In this document: positions 59,901 to 64,000 of the stretch, piece after piece
How the letters are laid out: each line of letters starts with the position of its first letter
How positions within the stretch are numbered: position 1 is the stretch's first letter
Assembly (NCBI GenBank): GCA_964644025.1
Contig: CAZXVW010000001.1
Coordinates: forward strand, 1,060-65,059
Direction of reading: 5' to 3'
From: an uncultured Solibacteraceae bacterium
GTDB taxonomy: Bacteria > Acidobacteriota > Terriglobia > Bryobacterales > Bryobacteraceae
Length of the DNA: 64,000 nucleotides
Notes under the pieces: generated by a model
What the model was told of the DNA's origin: nothing
Database searches by the model: none
What the model saw: only the letters and a program-made list of their open reading frames with translations
Translations under genes and position numbers: made by a program

Positions 59901-60010
59901 CCGATAGCCACGACACGGCCGAGGGTAGCCCCCCACGCCGAAGCCGGGAGAATCGCTGCCGCCAGCCAGACGCCAAGCGCGGTGATCAACCTCCAAGACT
60001 TCCGTTCCAT
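56984..60010 (-). CDS. Secreted YVTN-type beta-propeller protein with TIGR03437-like (Soli_cterm) C-terminal domain
   Basis: Signal peptide MERKSWRLITALGVWLAAAILPASA. Repeats such as ALDEARGVLYIANFTANRIDVM and ALSPDGRYLVVTH. C-terminus IGAVVNAADYTEPVAPGGLVSIFG ... SPQQINAQLPFEV ... YAGLAPGQVGVYQINAFVP. Confidence 0.8.
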   Translation of the reverse strand: MERKSWRLITALGVWLAAAILPASAWGATLGRVVAIGGHASDIALDEARGVLYIANFTANRIDVMSLGDYSIQTSMNVAPLPSSIALSPDGRYLVVTHFGNFEPPATASNALTVIDLETRGKQTFALGAPALGVAFGRSSQALVVTTTDFSLFDPVSGTSRVLSTIEELAATSLPVPPANFPPNIITTSLNVSGDGTKIYGLTDTFEFGYDITSGWLRILNYTSEPPQGPRVVSVNQDGSRYLAGWVLHGAAIWDKATGVWNLAQFPDAEGLLQVGSHAIDDSRGLIYAQIAQQSQTEGQQEGAPQPPILKILNADNLAVLNQIQLPENLAGKSLLSSDYSTMYSISDSGVTVLPIGQLASVPQVTANVKDLLFQANFCERTVMSKQVTIYDPSGGNTDFSLEVQGSGVQVTPPTGMTPATVTVRVDPSAFQNRDGTAVVPIVIHSSTAVNVPPPIRVLASTPEPDQRGTIVNVPGKLVDILPDPVRDRFYILRQDTNEVLVFDGQTYNQIAVLPTGNTPTQMAITFDRRWLLVGHNDSQFLAVYDLETLQPSIPIRTPAGHYPRSVAASGNAILTANRVAGPIHKIDRVDMTTRTATELPSLGVYENDINEATVLVASPNGSSILVAEADGNVMLYDANADTFTVSRKDAEELKGAYAASSFGQYVVGDRLLNASLVTTSMMETGTGETSGFAFVDQFGFRTTAPSAEDPGVIQRVDIQTGGGVRATRMAEAPLLGTTAYPFTRTLAPLYSRQLIISLTTSGFTVLPWDYDASVAPPKIGAVVNAADYTEPVAPGGLVSIFGWDLSPVNQASSQIPLPTALGESCLTVNGVPTPVLFVSPQQINAQLPFEVEGNVTLVLHTPGGVSDNYNLTILPTAPSVFQRAASGASAPVPTIVRYGDGRMVTPSNPIRPEDHIVIYLTGMGRTNPAIDAGVPSPADPPATTLVPPDLHLAGVGLPVSYAGLAPGQVGVYQINAFVPWWVPHGDALPLVIDQGAASTTVMVKVDD

Positions 60011-60106
60011 AAATCAACTCCAAAACCTTAGGTTGCTAACTGCATTCCCGTCCCGGCGAGGCGCGGGCGCACCGTCCGCGCCTCCCCCGGTGCGGGTCCA
60101 TACGCC

Positions 60107-60199
60107 TCACTCGGCGCTTTTGCGACGACGCAGCACAAGCAGTCCGAGAAAAAGGACGGCCAGTACTGCGCAAATGATTCGAATCATGGAAGCATCCAT
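60107..60199 (-). CDS. Candidate 30-aa single-TM mini-protein
   Basis: Too short for the ORF track. AGGAGAA 6 nt upstream of ATG 60199. MDASMIRIICAVLAVLFLGLLVLRRRKSAE (hydrophobic helix plus basic tail). Sits between tadC and the beta-propeller gene. Confidence 0.3.
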   Translation of the reverse strand: MDASMIRIICAVLAVLFLGLLVLRRRKSAE

Positions 60200-60243
60200 C
60201 GCTATTCTCCTTTCGCACAAAGAATCGGCTTGTAGTTCGTCCC

Positions 60244-61164
60244 TCACATGTTGTTCATCATCGGGAGCAGGTCCCGGATGATGCGAACGACCACCGGCCC
60301 CACCGTCACCACGAACAGGGACGGCAAAATACAGAAAAAGATCGGAAACACCAGCTTGACACCCAGCTTGGCCGCCTTTTCCTCGGCGGCCTGGCGCGCC
60401 TGCACCCGCATGTAGTCGGAGTGGCCGCGAAGACTCGGGGCCACGCCGGTGCCGAACCGGTCGGCCTGGATCAGCACGGCCACCAGCTTTTTCAAGTCAT
60501 CGACCGCCGTCCTCTCGGCGAGGTTCCGCAGCGCGTCCATCCTCCGTTTACCCGCCTTGAGTTCCAGGTTCACCAGGCTGAACTCCTCGCTGATATCCGG
60601 GTGAGCATGCTCGAGCTCCTTGGCCACCTGGATGATCGCTTGGTCCAGGCCCAACCCGGATTCCACGCACACCACCATCAGGTCGAGGGCGTTGGGCAGG
60701 CCGCGCCGAATCTCCTTTTGCCGCTTCTTGGCTCGCATCCGGATGTACTCGTTGGGCCCGAAGAAGCCCACTGCGGCGGCCGTCAGCACGGCGGCCACCT
60801 TGTTGCTCGGGTCAGCGGGCGAGCCGGCCACCGCCAGCCCCATCAGGACCGGCAACGCCACGCCGAGCAGCAGCTTGGTTCCGTAGAGGATCTTCAGCGC
60901 GTTGGGATTGCGGATCCCGGCGCGGATCAGCCGGCGCTGGATCACGCCGACGTCGCGCGGCGAAGCCGGCAGCATTGCTCCCAGCTTCTTGATCATCTCC
61001 TGGAACATCAGGCTGGGGTGCGTCGGCGCCTTCTCGGTCGGCGTCGCCGTAGCGCCGGTGACCCGGTCGATGGCCTCCTTGGGCTGCACCCACAGCTTCA
61101 TACCCAACAGCGACAGGGTGAGCGTTACCGCTACGAATACCAGCACGACTAGCGCAAGCGTCAT
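60244..61164 (-). CDS. tadC: Tad/Flp pilus inner-membrane platform protein TadC (T2SS F-domain)
   Basis: GspF-like domain (LPNALDLMVVCVESGLGLDQAI). N- and C-terminal TM segments. Gene order after tadB. Confidence 0.85.
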   Translation of the reverse strand: MTLALVVLVFVAVTLTLSLLGMKLWVQPKEAIDRVTGATATPTEKAPTHPSLMFQEMIKKLGAMLPASPRDVGVIQRRLIRAGIRNPNALKILYGTKLLLGVALPVLMGLAVAGSPADPSNKVAAVLTAAAVGFFGPNEYIRMRAKKRQKEIRRGLPNALDLMVVCVESGLGLDQAIIQVAKELEHAHPDISEEFSLVNLELKAGKRRMDALRNLAERTAVDDLKKLVAVLIQADRFGTGVAPSLRGHSDYMRVQARQAAEEKAAKLGVKLVFPIFFCILPSLFVVTVGPVVVRIIRDLLPMMNNM

Positions 61165-61168
61165 CCTC

Positions 61169-62146
61169 TTACACCTCGATCGTTACGATTTTCTTGATGA
61201 TGGCGTAGCCCACCAACTGCAGGACCACCGCCGCGGTCACCATCATCTGCCCGGTGGGGTCGGTGAAGAAAAAGTGCGCGTAGTCTGGGTTCACGAAAAA
61301 CATGATCAGCGCCACGCCGATCGGAATACAGGTGAGCGCCGCGCCGGTCATGCGGCCATGCGCGCTAATGGCGCGGATCTTGCCGCGCAGTTTGAAACGC
61401 TCCCGGATCAGCGAGGCCAGCTTGTCCAGAATTTCGGCCAGATTGCCGCCGGTGCGCCGCTGCAGCAGGACCGCCGAGACGAAGAAATGCACGTCCATCG
61501 ACGGCACCCGCTCGGCCAGCTTGGTCAGCGCCGTCTCCAGCGGCAGGCCGAGATTGTGCTCATCGAATGTCCGGCGGAACTCACCGGCCAGCGGCTCCTG
61601 AAACTCCCGGTGAATCATCTCCAAGGAGACCGAGAAGGCGTGTCCCGCCCTCATCGAGCGCGCCATGAACTCCAGGCTTTCCGGGAACTGCTCCTCGAAC
61701 TTCCGCAGCCGCAACCGGCGAACCCGATAAATGTGCAGCAACGGAAAGCTCCCGAAGACAACTGCCGGCAGCAGGGCGAGGCTGGAATACTCCGGGGGCA
61801 ACATGAACCAGGCCAGCAGGAAGCCCAGCAGGAAGGCCGCCATGCAGGCATGCGCCAGCCGCGCCGGCTTCCATTTCAAGCCCGCCTGTTCGAGCAGTCG
61901 CTGGGCCCGCTCCTGGTAGCGGAAACGGCGCAGGATGCGCAACACCAACTGCCCGGTCTTGCGATCCTCGGCCTCCAGCAGCGCCGGATTCTTCTGGCTC
62001 CGCTTCTTGGCCTTGCCCTTCGGCGTCCCCAGCAGGCGGTTTTTCATCCGGTCGACTTCCGCGCTGCGGGCGGCGCTGGACATCATCCACCAGCCGAACA
62101 CGGAGAGCAACCAAATCGCCACAAAGACCGCCACGTAGAAACCCAT
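61169..62146 (-). CDS. tadB: Tad/Flp pilus inner-membrane platform protein TadB (T2SS F-domain)
   Basis: ATG 62146 with GAGGCGG after the cpaF stop (track start 62179 would overlap cpaF). FPESLEFMARSMRAGHAFSVSLEMI GspF-like block. Confidence 0.85.
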   Translation of the reverse strand: MGFYVAVFVAIWLLSVFGWWMMSSAARSAEVDRMKNRLLGTPKGKAKKRSQKNPALLEAEDRKTGQLVLRILRRFRYQERAQRLLEQAGLKWKPARLAHACMAAFLLGFLLAWFMLPPEYSSLALLPAVVFGSFPLLHIYRVRRLRLRKFEEQFPESLEFMARSMRAGHAFSVSLEMIHREFQEPLAGEFRRTFDEHNLGLPLETALTKLAERVPSMDVHFFVSAVLLQRRTGGNLAEILDKLASLIRERFKLRGKIRAISAHGRMTGAALTCIPIGVALIMFFVNPDYAHFFFTDPTGQMMVTAAVVLQLVGYAIIKKIVTIEV

Positions 62147-62156
62147 AACCGCCTCG

Positions 62157-63518
62157 TTAGACCTCCACCACTTCGTCAAACAGGTCCGGCCGCAGCCGAA
62201 TGCCCGCCGCCAGCAGCTTCTCGTAGAACTTCGGCCGGATGCCGGTGGCGGCGAAGCGGCCCACCACCCGTCCTTCCGGCGTCAGACCGCGCTTTTCGAA
62301 GACAAAAATGTCCTGCAGGGTGATAATGTGTCCTTCCATCCCGGTGACCTCGGTGAGACTGGTGACCCGGCGCGTGCCGTCGCTCAGCCGGGAAACCTGG
62401 ACAAACAGGTCCACGGCGCTGGCGATCTGCTGGCGGATCGACACCAGTTGCATGTTGGCATTGGCCAGCGAGACCATCACCTCCAGCCGTGAGACCGCGT
62501 CCCGGGGGCTGTTGGCGTGAATCGTGGTCAGCGAGCCATCGTGGCCGGTGTTCATTGCCTGCAGCATGTCGATCGCCTCCTCGCCCCGGACCTCGCCGAG
62601 CACAATCCGGTCCGGTCTCATCCGCAAGCTGTTGATGAGCAGCTCGCGCTGGCGGACGGCCCCGTGACCCTCCAGGTTCGGCGGGCGGGTCTCCAGTCGC
62701 GCCACGTGCGGCTGCTTCAACTGCAGCTCGGCGGCGTCCTCGATGGTTACGATCCGCTCCTTGGGCGAGATGAAGAACGACAGCGCGTTCAGCAGCGTCG
62801 TCTTGCCGGCCCCGGTGCCGCCGGCGATGATGATGTTCAGGCGCGCTTTGACCGCCGCCTCGAGCAGGTCCATCATTCCCTGCGTCAGCGATTTCTTCTC
62901 GACCAAATCGGTCGGCATCAGTTTGTCGGTGCCGAAACGGCGGATCGACAGCAGCGGCCCGTCCACCGCCAGCGGCGGGATGATCGCGTTCACGCGCGAG
63001 CCGTCGCTCAACCGGGCATCGACCATCGGCATCGATTCGTCGATCCGGCGGCCCACTTGCGAAACGATCTTGTCGATGATCCGCAGCAGGTGGGCGTCGT
63101 CCCGGAAGGAAACGTTGGTCAGCTCGAGCAGGCCCTTGCGTTCCACATACACCTGCCGATGAGTGTTGACCAGGATGTCGGAAATGGTCGGGTCCTGCAG
63201 CAGCGGCTCCAGCGGGCCGAGGCCGAAGACCTCGTCGAGCACCTCCTCACAGATCTGCTGCTTCTCGATGGAGCTCAGCAGGGTCTGTTCCTCGTTGATC
63301 AGCGACAGCAGCGCCTGGCGCACCTCGCCACGCACGCGCTGATTGTCGATGGTGGCCAGCGCCTCCAGGTTGATCTTGTCCAGCAGCTTCCGGTGCAGGG
63401 TGAATTTCAGCTCCTGGTACTCCGGTCGCAGCGCCGACTTCGGCCGGCCGGCATTCTTCAAGAGCCGTTGCTCCCAACTGAGCTGTCGTGGTTTGTTCTG
63501 TTCTGTTGCTGGCAGCAT
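62157..63518 (-). CDS. cpaF: Tad pilus secretion ATPase CpaF/TadA
   Basis: [18 protein letters not shown] (Walker A). [37 protein letters not shown]. Confidence 0.93.
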   Translation of the reverse strand: MLPATEQNKPRQLSWEQRLLKNAGRPKSALRPEYQELKFTLHRKLLDKINLEALATIDNQRVRGEVRQALLSLINEEQTLLSSIEKQQICEEVLDEVFGLGPLEPLLQDPTISDILVNTHRQVYVERKGLLELTNVSFRDDAHLLRIIDKIVSQVGRRIDESMPMVDARLSDGSRVNAIIPPLAVDGPLLSIRRFGTDKLMPTDLVEKKSLTQGMMDLLEAAVKARLNIIIAGGTGAGKTTLLNALSFFISPKERIVTIEDAAELQLKQPHVARLETRPPNLEGHGAVRQRELLINSLRMRPDRIVLGEVRGEEAIDMLQAMNTGHDGSLTTIHANSPRDAVSRLEVMVSLANANMQLVSIRQQIASAVDLFVQVSRLSDGTRRVTSLTEVTGMEGHIITLQDIFVFEKRGLTPEGRVVGRFAATGIRPKFYEKLLAAGIRLRPDLFDEVVEV

Positions 63519-63532
63519 TCGTTCTTAATTCC

Positions 63533-64000
63533 TCATGCCGGTTGCGCTTGCCGGGCCGCCTCGGCCTGGCGGCGATCCACCCGGGCCGCGGCAATCAGAC
63601 GCCCGGCGTATTTGTCGATGGCCCGTCCCAGTTCGCACTCGCTGCCCAACGACTGGCCGACCGAGATCACCCGGTGCAGGGAAAAATAATCGTTCGGCAG
63701 GATCTGGTAGACCGGGCAGTTGAAAATCTTCTCCATGTCCGAACTTCCAATTCCGTCCCGTTTGCTGGAACGGTTGATCAGCACCCGGAACCGGTCCCTG
63801 GAAAACCCCAACTGCTCCAGCAAGCTCACCGCCCGACGCGTCAGGTGCAAGCTTGCCAGCTCCGAGGTGGAAACCAGGAACGTTTCGTCGGACTCGGAAA
63901 CCGCCAGCAGGCTGGTCCGGTGGGGGACCGCCGGGGCATCGACAATCACCCACGCGTAGAGCATCCGCGCAAATTCCAGCACATCATGCAGACGGTTCGG
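63533..64000 (-). CDS. cpaE: CpaE/TadZ-like ParA/MinD-family pilus assembly protein (5' end beyond right window edge)
   Basis: The reading frame stays open to position 64000. VIVDAP ... LVSTSELASLHLTRRAVSLLEQLG ... RVLINR matches the C-terminal half of MinD/ParA-type TadZ. Lies immediately upstream of cpaF. Confidence 0.7.
   Translation of the reverse strand, partial: PNRLHDVLEFARMLYAWVIVDAPAVPHRTSLLAVSESDETFLVSTSELASLHLTRRAVSLLEQLGFSRDRFRVLINRSSKRDGIGSSDMEKIFNCPVYQILPNDYFSLHRVISVGQSLGSECELGRAIDKYAGRLIAAARVDRRQAEAARQAQPA

Noticed and set aside
60107-60199. The mini-ORF downstream of tadC as an Flp pilin
   Set aside because: It lacks the Flp G/xxxxEY processing motif, and the hydrophobic stretch is N-terminal without a leader. 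It is kept only as a low-confidence mini-protein.

Overview
GC-rich chromosomal segment that looks acidobacterial, probably Solibacter/Bryobacter-like. The hints are a CarboxypepD_reg-type TonB-dependent receptor, a TIGR03437-type (Soli_cterm) C-terminal domain, and many Tat/Sec-exported sulfatases, glycan-active enzymes and peptidases. I support about 50 CDSs. Housekeeping anchors: gyrA; an L-box (lysine riboswitch)-controlled dapE-like/asd/lysC/dapB operon; murQ-murA; a thrC-like PLP enzyme; a SpoU/TrmH methyltransferase. Accessory content: two formylglycine-type sulfatases, a GH29 fucosidase, a heparinase II/III-like protein, a GH127-like protein, ThuA, three xylose-isomerase-like TIM-barrel proteins, S10 and M14 peptidases, a VapC module with an atypical long partner, a minimal-nucleotidyltransferase-like pair, and the distal end of a Tad/Flp pilus locus (tadZ-tadA-tadB-tadC). 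I saw no rRNA, tRNA, CRISPR array, transposase or integrase. Two real genes are open at the window edges and so are missing or truncated in the supplied ORF track (S10 peptidase at the left edge, tadZ/cpaE at the right edge). Many long ORFs in the track are antisense artefacts of the high GC content. The most unusual item is an orphan single-polypeptide TssB-TssC (T6SS sheath) fusion. It lacks the C-terminal sheath domain and has no other T6SS gene within about 20 kb on either side. Secondary items: a membrane-anchored pseudo-JAMM/MPN protein next to a Zn-ribbon ThrC-like enzyme; a Fur-family gene translationally coupled to an FHA-GAF-PP2C phosphatase; a candidate structured sRNA; and a DoxX fusion protein. 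Everything rests on reading the sequence and remembered family motifs. No database search was run.
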